A stretch of 64,000 nucleotides of DNA from Dendrobates tinctorius (GCF_039654945.1 NW_027361737.1:7440001-7504000); one strand, 5' to 3'; numbered from the stretch's first letter, positions 48,491-62,767 are shown. Made by a program: numbers and translations. The notes: generated by a model not told the origin, from the sequence alone.

Positions 48491-48852
48491 GGGTATGTGC
48501 ACACGTTGCGGATTTTGCTGCGGATCCGCAGCGGATTTGGCCCTGCAGATCCGCAGCAGTTTCTACTGCATTGTACAGTACCTTTATAGTCAATGGAAAT
48601 TGAAAAACGCTGTGCACATGCTGCAGATTTTTCCACTCGGATTAGCTGCGGTTTTAAATCCGCAGCATGTCACTTGTGTGGAATCCGCAGCGGTTTGACA
48701 CCTGCTCCATGACCAGGTGTCAAAACACAGGGGAAAACCGCAGGTTAATCCGCACTAAATCCGCAGGTAAAATGCAAGTCACTTGACCTGCGGATTTACC
48801 TAAATCTGGGTGGAAAAAAACACAGCAGATTCCGCAATGTGTGCACACAGCC
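48491..48852. mobile_element. Harbinger-type MITE (same family as 35377-35734)
   Basis: TTA-GGGTATGTGCACAC...GTGTGCACACAGCC-TTA. Confidence 0.85.
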
Positions 48853-49398
48853 TTACAGTTTCTTCTAGTTATATGTTTTTTGGTTGGTACCTGGTCACAC
48901 TAGCTGGTCCTTTTCTCTATACTATCAGACGTATACACCAGACAGTGGCAACAGGCGTAGTGTGCACTTAGCCAAAAAATGTTCTCTCTTCAGCCAATTT
49001 ATTCCATCATTTGGATGCGATATATGAGACCGGACAGATCAGAAAACATCTATAATAAGGCCAATTACACAATGTGCTTGTAAAGCCCTAAAACAGATGG
49101 GTGAGTTACATTTCTGTTAATAGACTAAGAAATAAAACATCATTAGTGTGAATTGTGCACATATCGGCTATACGGTTTTCAGACCATGCATGGCCAAATA
49201 ACAGCTAATTTATTGGGCACATTTTAATGCATAGTATGAATATTAGATACCGCCATAGTTCATATTTCTTTGTTCCTCATCATCTGTGCCCCTCTATGAT
49301 ACCCATATTTATCGTTCCATTACTCTACAGACTTCTCTGTTAATTTACAGGGTGACAGCAATCTATACATTGCATTCTACGACTGTGCAGCTACGGCG

Positions 49399-49417
49399 TG
49401 CGCCGCTAGGTGGCAGG
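49399..49417 (+). promoter_or_regulatory. CTCF-binding motif
   Basis: GCGCCGCTAGGTGGCAG closely matches the CTCF core consensus. Confidence 0.6.
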
Positions 49418-49556
49418 AGAGAGCCTTTCTAGGGGATTTAAATTGCCATCAGACAGATCTGAACAAGAAATATCAGCAGAGAGCTGAGAATTACTGGGCA
49501 TCACTAGCAAGGGGGACTGGGAGAGACACTGATCCTCTGTCACTCCCTGCACAAGC

Positions 49557-49567
49557 ATATAATATAG
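49557..49567 (+). promoter_or_regulatory. Candidate TATA box of the host gene
   Basis: TATAATATA about 160 bp upstream of ATG 49723, in non-repetitive sequence. Confidence 0.4.
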
Positions 49568-49722
49568 CAGCAGCTGAAGGAGGAGCGCTGTCCTACATTG
49601 TGATTTAAGGAGCTCAGCTACATCCCCATCACCAGCCTGCCTGCCTCTGTGATCTTGCATGACCAGGAGCAGCTTTACAGAAAGGGATTCTGTCTGCACT
49701 TTCTGCCTTTCCACTCGGAAGG

Positions 49723-49789
49723 ATGTCAGTTCAGTGGGTGACAGCAGTGTTCTTCCTGGGTGTTGGCTGCAGTGTCCTCTCCACTAAAG
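49723..49789 (+). CDS. Probable first coding exon (67 bp, phase-1 intron) of an unidentified secreted or membrane protein
   Basis: MSVQWVTAVFFLGVGCSVLSTK is signal-peptide-like. AGGATG start context. Strong donor AAG|GTAAGA. Upstream TATA and CTCF motifs. No downstream exon recognised. Confidence 0.6.
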
Positions 49790-51967
49790 GTAAGAAGGCT
49801 CATCCCTGGGCAGGAGCTCTGGGACTTTCCTGTAGACCAGGTCTCCTGTATACAATGCTTGTAGATGAACCTTGCACATCATCTGTATTCTGTGATACTT
49901 TTGGAGGATTGGATTGTGCTGCTGGAAGCTCATGGGATCTGATTCCAGATTTCTCACTTATCAAAATCGTTTATCGCATCTCTTCTCAAGGTTATTACAT
50001 GAAAACATCAGAAAAGTCTACTGTAGTGTCTGGTGTCTAAAGTCCTGAGTGTTTGTAAACTAGACTCGTATCTGCTCTGTGATTGATGGCAGCGGTGCAG
50101 CAACGTGCCCACACCTGGAGTAGTGGAATCCCAATTTCACTTCTAACCTGGTACCCATCGGAAGGCTTCGCGAACACTGGTTTTGGCTGGTTATAATGTG
50201 GAAGGGTGTGCTAATATGTGTAATAAAGATCTGTTCGTGTTAGATTTCACCAAGTCATTGTTTAAGTTGAAGAAGTGCCCAAATCCCCCTGGTATTGATA
50301 TATGATGATGCAATTTGGTTTCAAGGTCTTAATTTGCTGCTAGTAGAAGTGCGATCTTTCTGGCTGTTTCCCCTTTGTGTTCCCTGTACAGGTGTGCGTG
50401 TTACCTTAAGTCTATGGGTCACCTGGTGACATACTGTCGTTGCATGCTCCACTTAATAAGCAATGACTAAATGGTGGAAAGTAATATTTGGAAGAATCCC
50501 ATTTAGTCGATAGTCTGTGCTTGACCTTCTACATATGGCAGGGACTGGGATTAGGACTCCATTTGCATGTTGACTTGTAATTAAAAACTTGCCTTTTATG
50601 CTGAAGATTCGATTTTTTTTTTTCTTTACATTAGTTAGGAAGTTAAAAGTACTTTGGATTTTTGGATTTGCTGCTTTGCCCAAGCTAATGTCAGTTTTCG
50701 ATGTGCTGTATCAGATTGATTGATGGATGGATGTTGGATAGATAGTATAGCATGATAATAAAAAGATGTGATGTAATCAAGGTCTAAAGAGTTTGAGGTT
50801 TATTGAGATTGCACGTAAAAATAAATTTGCAACTTAGTTGACACTTAAGATTGTCCAAGTGTGACTTGGTGTATGGATAGAGCGTGAAGCATTAGTTACA
50901 CTTGCTTGGATTTTCACTACTTGCGAGGAGTCAATAGTTCTTGAGACAGTAAGGTATAACCTGACCTTAATGGGTCACTAGTAACCTTCAAAAGTTCAGC
51001 TAATGAAAAACCAGCTTAGATCCTTCACAGCGATGTAGGAACATGTGTGGTGTAAGATCTAAAGGTGATCATGATGGTAGACGTTTTTCTGGATGTCTTC
51101 TTCCAAGCCTCCCTTCGCCATCCTTCAGTGTGAGCCTACAGCCTGTAAATGTATGCAAGTGCACAAAAAGTAGAAATAAGTTGTGATTCAGTGTCTGGAT
51201 CCCATTGAAATCACTTTTTTTTTGTCCAGTAATGTGGACTGAGCACCAGCAGTTTACAGGACTTCGCAGCTATGATCTGTGTTGTGTTTTGGTTTGTGTT
51301 TATGGCATTTTTTTCATTTTATTTGTTTATTACTCAGTCTTGGAAATGGAAACACGTTTTGTCATACAAAAGACAAGAATAATGAAATTATTAAGAGCAA
51401 GATAAATTGCACCATTTACGGCTTGTGTCTTGACCTTTAGGAATGTTGGCTTATGCTTTCACACTTGCCGGCCCATTCTAATGTCCTTATATATACAGCG
51501 TGTTTATGAATCTACTTTATTGGCTAGTCGGTCCTGCATCCCATTGCTTCCTGCTGTAATATTATGAGCTTTTGTAAGAGAGATTAGACATCTCTAGTGT
51601 TCGGTGCTAAGTGTTGCTCCATGTTAATATGACGGGATTAAATATTATTAGAGAAAAGTCCTGGGAATATTGTAGAGATGATTGATGGCAGCTGGCGGTG
51701 TCATTAAACGCTCGTATACAGATTTTAACTAGTCAATGACTAATATAGTAAATGATGTAAAAGTTTGAAATGTATTTATTATTATTTTGTATGACCTAAT
51801 GTATATGAAATAAAAGGACACCTGAAATACATTTGGTTTTATATTTTGGGTGGCATGATATGATGTGACATTGTTTTTGACAATAATGCATTACATAGTG
51901 CATTTTGAGGATATTTACCCCCTTGTTGTATTGGCTAAAAGTCAAGAAACATTTTATATATGATCTA

Positions 51968-53188
51968 CACTCACTGGCCACTTTATTAGGTACACCATGC
52001 TAGTAAGGGATTGGACCCCCTTTTGCCTTCAGAACTGCCTCAATTCTTCGTGGCAGAGATTCAACAAGGTGCTGGAAGCATTCCTCAGAGATTTTGGACC
52101 ATATTGACATGATGGCATCACACAGTTGGCGCAGATTTGTCGGCTGCACATCCCTGATGCGAATCTCCCGTTCCACCACATCCCAAAGATGCTCTATTGG
52201 ATTGAGATCTGGTGACTGAGGAGGCCATTTGAGTACAGTAAACTCATTGTCATGTTCAAGAAACCAATCTGAGTTGATTCGAGCTTTATGACATGGCGCA
52301 TTATCCTGCTGAAAGTAGCCATCAGATGTTGGGTACATTGTGGTCATAAAGGGATGGACATGGTCAGCAACAATACTCAGGTAGGCTGTGGCGTTGCAAC
52401 GATGCTCAATTGGTACCAAGGGGCCCAAAGAGTGCCCAGAAAAAATTCCCCACACCATGACACCACCACCACCAGCCTGAACCGTTGATACAAGGCAGGA
52501 TGGATCCATGCTTTCATGTTGTTTACGCCAAATTCTGACCCTACCATCCGAATGTCGCAGCAGAAATCGAGACTCATCAGACCAGGCAACGTTTTTCCAA
52601 TCTTCTACTGTCCAATTTCGATGAGCTTGTGCAAATTGTAGCCTCAGTTTCCTGTTCTTAGCTGAGAGGAGTGGTACCCAGTGTGGTCTTCTGCTGCTGT
52701 AGCCCATCTGCCTCAAAGTTCGACGCACTGTGCGTTCAGAGATGCTCTTCTGCCTACCTTGGTTGTAACGGGTGGCAATTTGAGTCACTGTTGCCTTTCT
52801 ATCAGCTCGAACCAGTCTGCCCATTCTCCTCTGACCTCTGGCAACAACATGGCATTTCCGGCCACAGAACTGCCGCTCACTGGATTTTTTTTCTTTTTCG
52901 GACCATTCTCTGTAAACCCTAGAGATGGTTGTGCGTGAAAATCCCAGTAGATCAGCAGTTTCTGAAATTCTCAGACCAGCCCTTCTGGCACCAACAATCA
53001 TGCCACGTTCAAAGGCACTCAAATGACCTTTCTTCCCCATACTGATGCTCGGTTTGAACTGCAGGAGATTGTCTTGACCATGTCTACATGCCTAAATGCA
53101 CTGAGTTGCCGCCATGTGATTGGCTGATTAGAAATTAAGTCTTAACACACAGTTGGACAGGTGTACCTAATAAAGTGGCCAGTGAGTG
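51968..53188 (-). mobile_element. Complete Tc1/mariner DD36E (Incomer-type) transposon
   Basis: Perfect 29-bp TIR CACTCACTGGCCACTTTATTAGGTACACC; TA TSD; 1221 bp. Confidence 0.96.
52000..53040 (-). CDS. Intact DD36E transposase (346 aa)
   Basis: Paired-like [17 protein letters not shown] and SPDLNPIE; 36 residues between the second D and E. Confidence 0.95.
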   Translation of the reverse strand: MGKKGHLSAFERGMIVGARRAGLRISETADLLGFSRTTISRVYREWSEKEKKSSERQFCGRKCHVVARGQRRMGRLVRADRKATVTQIATRYNQGRQKSISERTVRRTLRQMGYSSRRPHWVPLLSAKNRKLRLQFAQAHRNWTVEDWKNVAWSDESRFLLRHSDGRVRIWRKQHESMDPSCLVSTVQAGGGGVMVWGIFSGHSLGPLVPIEHRCNATAYLSIVADHVHPFMTTMYPTSDGYFQQDNAPCHKARINSDWFLEHDNEFTVLKWPPQSPDLNPIEHLWDVVEREIRIRDVQPTNLRQLCDAIMSIWSKISEECFQHLVESLPRRIEAVLKAKGGPIPY

Positions 53189-55393
53189 TATATGACATTG
53201 TAGCTTTATTTTTCATTTCTGAGACCACATTTACCATGTACAACATGGAAACCATCATTTGGCTGCTGGTGACTGATCTATCACTGCCTAGTACATCATG
53301 ATATAATGTTTTCTATGGACTCTTGGTCAAAATCATTCACAAGATGTAATGAGATGGAAGATAATGTCATAATTAACGCACCACTTCAGTTCTGGAGTGG
53401 TGCTAGTAACATAAGATCCCTGCACCTAATATTATACTTCTCATCAACCATCTTCAGATCTTACCGGCGTCACTCCTGTTCCGCGCCGCCAAGTTGTTAC
53501 CGCAACTTCTGACTGACTGACCAGAAATCAGAGCTGATAGTCACAAGCTCTCAGTGTTAGTCTGTGAGATCCAGAACCAGGCTGTCTTTTACTTGTATTG
53601 AAAAGTGACCAACGGCTCGCTCCAGCAAACATTGGAGTAATCCAGAAGATGGTGGATGGTAAGCATAAGACTAAGGGTAGGGGTCTTACATTAGTAGAAC
53701 AACTCCAGCAATGCAATGAAAAAAAAAACACTGGAGCTGTGCTTTAAATCTGTCAACAGTAGAGTTGAGTGGAGTGACCTGTGGAGGATCGACTTCAAGT
53801 CTAATGATCTCTCTTGAATTAATTCACAGCAAATCGAATTTTTGGAGAAGATTCATCAAAGCTTGGAAATGTGTATTTCCAACAATCTGCTCTTCTCTGG
53901 TCAGCAGTTACACTACTCAATGATCAATGACAGTAAGCTATAAATTCTAGTGAGTGAGCACAGTGTCTGTAAAGCGTTCTGGAATATGTTGGTGCTATAT
54001 GAGAATTCAAAATAAAAAGTAATTGATGAAAAAGGAATGAAAATCAGTCATGGCTTTGACAGACAACTGTTAGGACTCATTCAGACGTCAGATTTTGTGA
54101 CGTATGAGCAAAACAGACCAAGTTTCATCAGAATTTCATTAGAGTTTGGTCTGAGCTTCATTCGTTTTTCCACTTTTTTCCTATTAGTGAAAAAGCGGAC
54201 AGTACAAGGTGGCGCTTGAGTGATGTGTACTGGTGTTTGAATGAGCCCTTAATTACCTTAGCGGTATACCTCATTAAGAAAAGTCATAAGGGCACTATTT
54301 TGTCAAATGTAACATTCAACCAATCCTACAGGACAGCGTTCTACAGCCTGTCACTCCTCAGATGCTGGTAGTTACAGTGAGTATGCTCGTGGGACATATT
54401 CACGTTTTTATCTGAGGTTCCATTCAAAGTGTTTGCTGTCAACTGTCTCAATTTTGATTGGATGCAGCACAGTTTGTCTGCAGAATCACGTGTACCCATT
54501 ATAATGCTATGGGCTTCTCTGAGTAATGTACCATGGTTTCCATTCATAGAAACTACAATACAGAAGTGAAGTCAACCTGAGTATTAGATAAAATGTCACC
54601 AATTAGCTGTCGCCCGAAATACATTCTGCTGGTCTAAATATTGTGTATTCAAATGTCATAGCGTAAAATATCATTGAATTGATTCCTCTGAATAATACAA
54701 AAGTAATATCCTCCTCCATCTACGGATATCTCATACATAAGTGGAGGTCTGCCTCATATACATTTATTGATAAAAGCTAGAAGTCTGTCTTGGAAACCTG
54801 CTCCGCTTCCCTTTTAATTTGATATGCCGATTGTGTTAGTTGTGGGGATTTATCCTATAATGCTTGATTTAAAGCCTTTTAAGCCTCCAATATTTGTTTT
54901 GTGCTTGTTTTATTTGCTTGTATTAATGGCGGTATATGTAGTAACTCACTAATGTTGTTCTGTTTGTGAATATCTATAAAGAGACTTCTTTGAAAGAACA
55001 AAACTAGTAGGCACTTGAAAAAAATAGTCTCCCCTTAGGTGACCCCTTCATAAAGTATCAGGGAATTGCTAAAATGGTAGTTTAGTTAATAGATATTATC
55101 ATTATCATTGACTTTGAACCCAAGTGTAATATTTTCTTAATGTCTAAGGGACCAGCCTCCATTCGATAAAGAAGAGCACATGTAAGGATCTTTCTATTAA
55201 TCTCATGGTGCCACAAAAACAGCTTTTACTCGGCTATTTCCAAACTTTTCAGAGACCTATTGTAGAGTTGTGCAAAAAGATACCTGTTGACATCCTCAGT
55301 TTTTCTGATTAGCAGGCTCAGCACAATGTCATTGCAGCATGAAACGCGCAAGACGTCGTACCCAAACTTTTACTTCGAAAAACCAAGGTTGCA

Positions 55394-55429
<36 letters not shown>

Positions 55430-55430
<1 letters not shown>

Positions 55431-55731
55431 TTTTTTTTTTTTTGGTCCGGCACCCAGAAAGAAATTCTGGTTAAATCAGTGTTTGCAGGATCCGCCAGAG
55501 AAAAAAACGTTACAAGCTCCGTTTTGAAATTTTTGAGGATGGTGACGGACAGCAACTTTTGGCGGATCCTCACAAAAAACGGATGCAACGGACAGCAATC
55601 CGTCTCAATCCGCCATTAATGCAAGTCAATGGGAAAAAAACGGATCCTCAAAAAAAAATTGAGGATCCGTTTTTTTTTCAAAACCTGGCGGATTGTGACT
55701 GATTGTAAAAAACGGAAGTGTGAAAGAGGCC
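55430..55731. mobile_element. Partial Harbinger-type MITE
   Basis: ACGGATCC-type internal motifs; terminus ...CGGAAGTGTGAAAGAGGCC-TTA. Confidence 0.6.
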
Positions 55732-56451
55732 TTAATGAAACCTATTCTATATTATTTAGTCATCTTTATGTGTTTGCTGCCAACTACAGTGGCTTGGTAG
55801 AGGAGCTCTGATAGCCCAAATGTGGAACGCTCCATCAATGTAAAAATTAATAGGATTTCCCATGTATAAGTCATAAATGTCTAAAGTGAAGAAATCCTTT
55901 TAGCGTCCGGAAAATGGCGGCATTGTTTTTACCGAAGTGTCTTCTCGGTTGTCTTAGTAACTTTTGCGGACACTAACATTCTGGCATTTTTTTTATAATG
56001 AAATTAAAAATAGCCTGTCCATTCTTCACTTGCTATTGCTTTTAGGCATTTCATCGTGGCTTTTAAAGTTGTAAAAAGAAGTGACTACAGATTGAACGTG
56101 TGCACACAAGTCATTGCTCTGCGTTATGCTAGTTTTACCATTTAGGTCCCAGTTGGAAATCTGCCTGAAAAGACATAGTGTGCACAAACCCTAGTATTAG
56201 ATTACATTTTATGATCTATCATCTGTGCAATATTTATTTACCATATTTTTCTTGTTTCTTCAATGTTTTACGTTTTTCTTTTCAAGATTATTTTAATATA
56301 GTTTAATTTATGATATTTTAAAGAGATTGTCCAGTCCTAAAATGAAAAGTTGCAGTCACTATGTGTGACTGCAGAATTGTGAATCCTCCTAGCTACTAGG
56401 ACAACCCCTCTTCAATCTAAATGTTTGCCCCCATTAAAACAAAAACATTTA

Positions 56452-56911
56452 GGGTCCCGTTTCACATAGCGACGCACCAGCGATCCCGACAACGATGTGA
56501 CCTGGTAGGGATCACTGGTGCGTCGCTACATGGACGCTAGTAAGCTGCCAAACAGGCAGATCTCTTCAACGACGCACCAGCTATCCCAACAAAGATGCGA
56601 CCTGGTAAGGATCGCTGGTGTGTTGTCACACAGTAGTTATTCTGAACAATTCCAGCCTGCGTCCCTGAGTTCTGCGGTGCCAAGGAGTTCGATCGTCGGC
56701 ATCAAACACAGTGATGCATGCTGGCCAGCGGAACGCCGCCGATGAAAAAATGGCCCAGGACATTCGAGCATGATCAGCGATATCCAGCAGGGGGGCCGGT
56801 CGCCGCTATGTGTCACATGTAGCGAGATCGCAGGCGAGATCGCTGTTGCGTCACAAAATCGGTGGCGCATCAGCGATCTCACTAGCGATCTCGCTATGTG
56901 AGATGGGGCCT
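56452..56911. mobile_element. Harbinger-type MITE nested in a palindromic T2/Kolobok-type MITE (about 56390-57292)
   Basis: TTA-GGGTCCCGTTTCACATAGCGA...TCGCTATGTGAGATGGGGCCT-TTA. Host arms CTACTAGGACAACCCC / GGGGTTGTCCTAGTAG. Confidence 0.75.
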
Positions 56912-59819
56912 TTACACTCACCTCCAATGCTGGCACCATTCCAGTGGTGTTGGCACTTGCTCTCCCAGGGCTCGCATGAAGCTCTTATGTCACGCAAGTC
57001 CAGCACCCAGTCAGCGCTGGCTTCACTATCCCCCCTTCAAAGAAATCGAAAATCAAGAAAGTCCGAGAGTAGTCACAGCTCTGGCTGCCTGTTGATGTTC
57101 AATTCACAGGGACAGTAAAGCCGGCGCTGATTGAACGCAGGGATCTTGTGACTTAAAAACTTCATGTGAGTCCCATGAAGCCAACATCACTGGAACAGCT
57201 CCAGAATGGGAGGTGAGTATAAGTGTTTGTTTGCCTCCATTAAAATAAAATCAGATTGAGAAGGGGTTGTCCTAGTAGTGGACATCTCCTTTTAAGAAGC
57301 ACTACGATCAAAAGTTTTTATCCTCTTAATATATAACAATCATCATATTATATATCACTGTGTACTTACAATTGCCCATTTCCTTTTCTACCCAGATAAT
57401 TCTTCTCTTTTCTTTGCTCTATATAGAAACAGGAAGTGTCTTGTTCCTGCAGAAATCTTTTCCCTCTTCACCTCCTGACCCAGTTGCTCCCTTCTTTCCC
57501 TGCCAGGGACTTTTGCCGTGATTCATGACTCATACAGGGAATATTGGCCTCCTGTTTCTACATAGAGCTTAGAAGGAGTCAGCTAGTATTTTTCCAATCA
57601 TGTGACATCATAGACCTATTGGAAAACAGAAGTATTAACTTTAGAAGAAGGGCAACGTGAAGAAATGTAAGTACACAGTGCTGTATGATATGATGACTGC
57701 AATATATTAAGAGATTTGTATTTTTGTTTTAGGATGAAATTATCTCCGTTTTCTAATCTCGTATAGCCCTTTCAGAGGCGGCAATGTTCATGGCTATATA
57801 TGGATTTAACAACCCTTAATTTGTAAGTTGTGAATGTTAGATGTGATATTTATCCATGCGCAGCCATAGCGCTGCAGTGTAGCATCATAGCATCATATAT
57901 TTTATTTTTTGCTATCATGGCTAATATTTGTCAGCACGTTTGTGGTAGTTTGTGCTGCTGATTCGCAGATCAGCCCTACAGTATATATATCTGTTTGGCG
58001 CACATCTATTTTATATATCCTCAGGCAATTGACAATATGAGACTGGGTATATTTCCGACTGGGCCTCAGAGGCTCAGTGTACGCCATCGTATCCAGCACC
58101 CCGGGGAGGACTATAAAGCCTATCCTATTTGTAGATGTGCTGCCTCTGTTATTGAAATGCCCACGGGCTGTCACCAGATAAGTGCGGACTCTTCCCAGTA
58201 AACGTCTCTTCAACTTGTATCCTGCTGCTGCAGAGTGAGGCAAATATAGTGGGGAGGGGAACGATGGAGCTTTGGAAGCCAAGATGCCGCCCGCCCCCGT
58301 AGCATATAGATATTTCCATAATTGTTCACAATGTATATCAATTGTCTACAGAGGTGAATGGAGGTGAAGAATATTTTTCTATTTTTTTTTTAATATTCGT
58401 CTACCAAGAAACCAATGTGAATAGTGTCGGTGCCGCATTGGATACTCTATAAATCCTTTGCAGAACACTCTGCATATCAATCCATTGATCTATTGCGCGC
58501 CATTAGACATTTGCCAGTCAAGGAAGGTATCGTGGGATCTGCATGCCGTAATAAGTCAATACGGAGCAGAGGAGAAGGGATTTGATGCATGACACCATTT
58601 TTCACTCTTACTAGTTTCAGAAGAAGAAATAGTAACTCATATCTGGGACAGATTATTAAAATCCAGATGGTTATGTCAGCATAAACTATTAGATTAAAAG
58701 TGACAGGCAGGCAAAGTTTCAATGTCTAGTTATGGTGGTTTCCACCTTAGGAACCAGGGAAGGTGATAAATATTTTATATAAAGAAACTATCATGGTATT
58801 TACTCAACCCAGAATTGCATATTTGTATCAGTAAGATCCGGTATGTGTGTCACAAGTACAAATGTACTGTAGCCGTGATGAATTTTTCATTTGGCACAAC
58901 CGTTATCGGTGCTTTTATGAAACACTGGAGTAAAAAATGTCAAAAGCTAAGATTTTTTTAACTTCTTTGATGGAATATATATTAGTTTTGTTCTTTTACC
59001 CAGTGGAATGTGCAGGTCACGGCTGATGTATTTTTATCCCTCTTTCGACAACGAGCATGAGCGACCACCATTGCTTGTATTGAAGAGTTAATTACGGTAA
59101 AAGTCCCACCAGTTTACAGCAGACTGCTTCACCAGAATGCACAGACTTGTTTTATTTCCCACACAGTCAGACAGCAACAAATATGAGAAGACTGAATAAA
59201 AATAAATGCATAAGTTAGTGAGAAAACATCAAGGAAACATGGGGCATATTTTCTTAAAGAGTTAATTCCCTATCTATTTATTTCTATAATATTAACTTTT
59301 TTCTAATACAGTTTAATTAAAAATTCCCTATTCGTCCCTAATTACACTAACAGCTTTTCTTTATTTCCCTACTTCCTTGCTGATGATGCTTTGTTTGAGA
59401 ATCCCAGTGCATGCTGGGGAACTCAGACAAAGAATCTTCAGCAGTCACTCCCTGAAATGAACAGTCATTAGTGACCTTCATTTCAGAACTAGGCTAGTCC
59501 CTGCGTAATGTGCTGTGTTTGATCTGCATATTGACAGTGCACTCTCACCAGCTCAGATCAGCAGTAACGAGCCAACAACAGAGCGCACTGTCGGTGTGTG
59601 TGTTCCTCCTTTGTCTGAGTAACTCAGCATGCACTAGAATTCTTAAACAAAGCATAATCAAAAAGGAAGTAAGAGAAAAAAAAGAAAAGAAGGTAGTGTA
59701 GTTAGGGAAGGATAGGACATTTCTAATTAAAGTAAGTTACAAAATTGTTTAGATCATGGCCCTAAATAGATAGGGATTTAGGATGAAAATTAATTTATAT
59801 TTTGGACCATGAAAAACAA

Positions 59820-60440
59820 TGAAGACACACTGATGGGAAGAACTGACACACTGATAGGAAAAATGGACACACTGATGGGAAAAGTGGGTGTATACCCACT
59901 TTTTGGGTCCGTATGGACCAAACACTGATAACACTCTGATGGTAAAAATGGAGACATTGACACTGATGGAAAAATGGGTATACGGACCAAACACTGATGA
60001 CACCCTGATGGTAGAAATGGGTATATGGACCAAACACCCTGATGATAAAAAACGGGTATACGGACCAAACACTGATAACACCCTGATGATAAAAAAGGGG
60101 TATACGGACCAAACACTGATAACAACCTTATGGTAAAAATGGAGACACTGATGGTAAAAACGGGTATATGGACCAAACACTGACACCCTGATGATAAAAA
60201 ACGGGTATACGGACCAAACACTGATAACACCCTGATAGTAAAAATGGAGACACTGATGACCCTGGTGGTAAATATGGACACCTTAATGACACTGATGGTA
60301 CCGGACCAAACACTGATGACACCCTAATGGTAAAAATGGAGACACTGATGACCCTGATGTAAAAATGGACACCCTAATGACACTGACACTTATGGTACCG
60401 GACCAAACCCTGATGACACTGATGGCGAAAACGGACACAC
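59820..60440 (+). repeat. Complex minisatellite (ACGGACCAAACACTGAT / ACACTGATG units)
   Basis: Directly visible. Confidence 0.85.
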
Positions 60441-60453
60441 AGACCATATACTG

Positions 60454-61832
60454 TAATCTTTATTTATATAGTGCCAACATATTCCGCAGCGCTTTACAGT
60501 TTAACAGTTTCAAAACACAAGTCATAAGTAACAACGTTAACAATACAGTAATTAAAGTAAAATAAGATGACCCTGCTCGTGAGAGCTTACAATCTACAAA
60601 GAGGTGGGGGAGATACAAAGTACAGGTGTGTATTTACAATGATGGTCCAGCCATCTTGAGAAGGTGGGGGACAGAGATATTGAATTGGCCACATACTCAC
60701 ACTTGCACATAAAATGACTGATTAGTGAACGTGATAGGCTGCTCTGAATAGATGTGTTTTGAGAGAGCGCCTAAAACTGCAAAGTGTGGATAGTCCTAAT
60801 TTCTTGTGGTAGAGCATTCCAGAGGATTGGCGCAGCGCGGGAAAAGTCTTGGAGTCGGGAGTGGGAGGTGCAGAGGTTAGTCGAAAGTCTTTTGCAGAGC
60901 GCAGCGGTCGGCTAGGCCGATAGACAGAAATGAGGGAGGAGGTGTAGGGGGGTGCTCCACTGTGGAGAGCTTTGTGGGTGAGAACAAGTACTTTGAATTG
61001 GACCCTATAGTGAATGGGCAGCCAATGTAAGGACTGGCGAAGAGCGGACGTGTCTGAGTACCGATTAGCCAGGTAGATGACCCTGGCTGCTGCATTAAGT
61101 ATGGACTGGAGAGGGGAAAGTCGAGTAGCGGGGAGGCCAATTAATAGAGCGTTGCAGTAATCCAGGCGTGAGTGGATCAGTGCTACAGTGAGGGTTTTTG
61201 TAGCTTCCATGGTGAGAAAAGGGCGAATTCTGGAGATGTTCTTTAGGTGTAGGTGGCAAGAGCGGGCAAGACATTGTATATGGGATGTGAAGGAGAGGTT
61301 GGTGTCAAACGTAACACCCAGACAGCGTGCCTGCTGCCAGGGTGTTATTATGGTGCCACCCACGGAAAGGGAAATGTCAGATTTAGGGAGGTTAGTAGGT
61401 GACGGGAGCAGAAGAAGTTCAGTTTTTGAGAGGTTAAGTTTCAGATAGAGAGCTGACATGACGTTGGAGACTGCGGACAGACAGTCAATGGCATTCTGTA
61501 GTACAGCGGGGGTAAGGTCGGGGGATGACATATATAGTTGTGTATCATCAGCATAAAGATGGTACTGAAAGCCAAATCTGCTGATGGTCTGTCCAATTGG
61601 GGCCATGTAGAGAGAGAAGAGAAGGAGGCCAAGGACTGAGCCCTGAGGTACCCCGACAGCAAGAGGAAGAGGAGATGACGTGGAGCCAGCGAACAAAACA
61701 CTGAAGGAGTGGTCAGAGAGATAGGAAGAGAACCAGGAGAGAGCAGTGTCCTTAATGCCTAGTGACTGGAGCCTATGGAGTAGGAGACGGTGGTCAACAG
61801 TGTCGAAAGCTGCAGAAAGGTCGAGAAGAATG
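60454..61832 (-). mobile_element. 5'-truncated L2 LINE (RT C-terminal half, 3' UTR and tail)
   Basis: [38 protein letters not shown] and LHWLP. Late frameshift. Tail GCTGCGGAATATGTTGGCACTATATAAATAAAGATTA. Confidence 0.93.
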
Positions 61833-62711
61833 TGGACTTAATAGTACTTTCAGCACTGCTACATCTGTTTGGTAGTGTTGAGTTCTTTTTTTTAAATGAT
61901 TTTGCTAAATGTAAATGGATAATCTAATTTCACCGATATCCCAATGTATACAATGCGTTCTTGAATATACTTAGATTTTCAGAATTAAAGCAGAATCCTG
62001 TGTATTTTTTGACATATTGTATTACACCTTCCTCTCAGTCCTGGAATGATTAACACTGTAAGAAATCCTGTATTCAGCTCCTTCTCCTCTATTCCCCAGC
62101 CAATCAGAGGCTGCGCTGCCATTGCCAGGAGGCGAGTAATTAGTGACAGGGTCATGGCCCCGCGTACATGATATACGTTGGAAGGCCGCTGGGTTCATTC
62201 GCCTTACACGACCACAGTATGTAGCTAGTGTGAGATGCTATATTTACATCTGAGCCTACGTTATGTGTCTCATCGGCAAAGCACAATTACAGTCTGTTAC
62301 CCATTCCCAAAGCAGATATCACCTCTAAAGATCTTTAAAGTCTGTAAATCATTTTGAGAATATTTTATAATATTTTGGGTACAACAAATGTGAGACCAAA
62401 GCAGATGTTAAAGAGCTGATTCCCTGCACTGTTTATCATCCAGCATGGGGGTTTCCACTATATACTATAGAACATAGTCATAATTAAATCGCTACTAAGG
62501 GAGAAATGAATAATGGATGTAAAGCTGACCATAGACATGTCTGCCGCTAATCTAATTTCCTTGAAGGTTGACAGACCCTCATATGTTCTCTGGTGTTGGG
62601 GAAGCGTATTAAACTGACAGCTCCAATTTAAGGCTAAATTATTGAAAAATTTACAGTGGTTTTGGATTGAGTTACATAAAAAATGTCCATAAAAACCACA
62701 ATAGGTTTTAC

Positions 62712-62715
<4 letters not shown>

Positions 62716-62764
<49 letters not shown>
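62716..62764. repeat. (TA)n microsatellite
   Basis: Directly visible. Confidence 0.97.

Positions 62765-62767
<3 letters not shown>

Noticed and set aside
49723-50040. 105-aa single-exon protein, or assignment to a named gene (weak resemblance to the FLT1 signal peptide)
   Set aside because: The ORF reads through a strong splice donor, and 22 residues of signal peptide are too few to assign a symbol.
55300-55360. Second hammerhead around GAAACGCG
   Set aside because: No CUGANGA box or helix II in register.
59749-60565. Repetitive ORFs on several frames
   Set aside because: Minisatellite translations.
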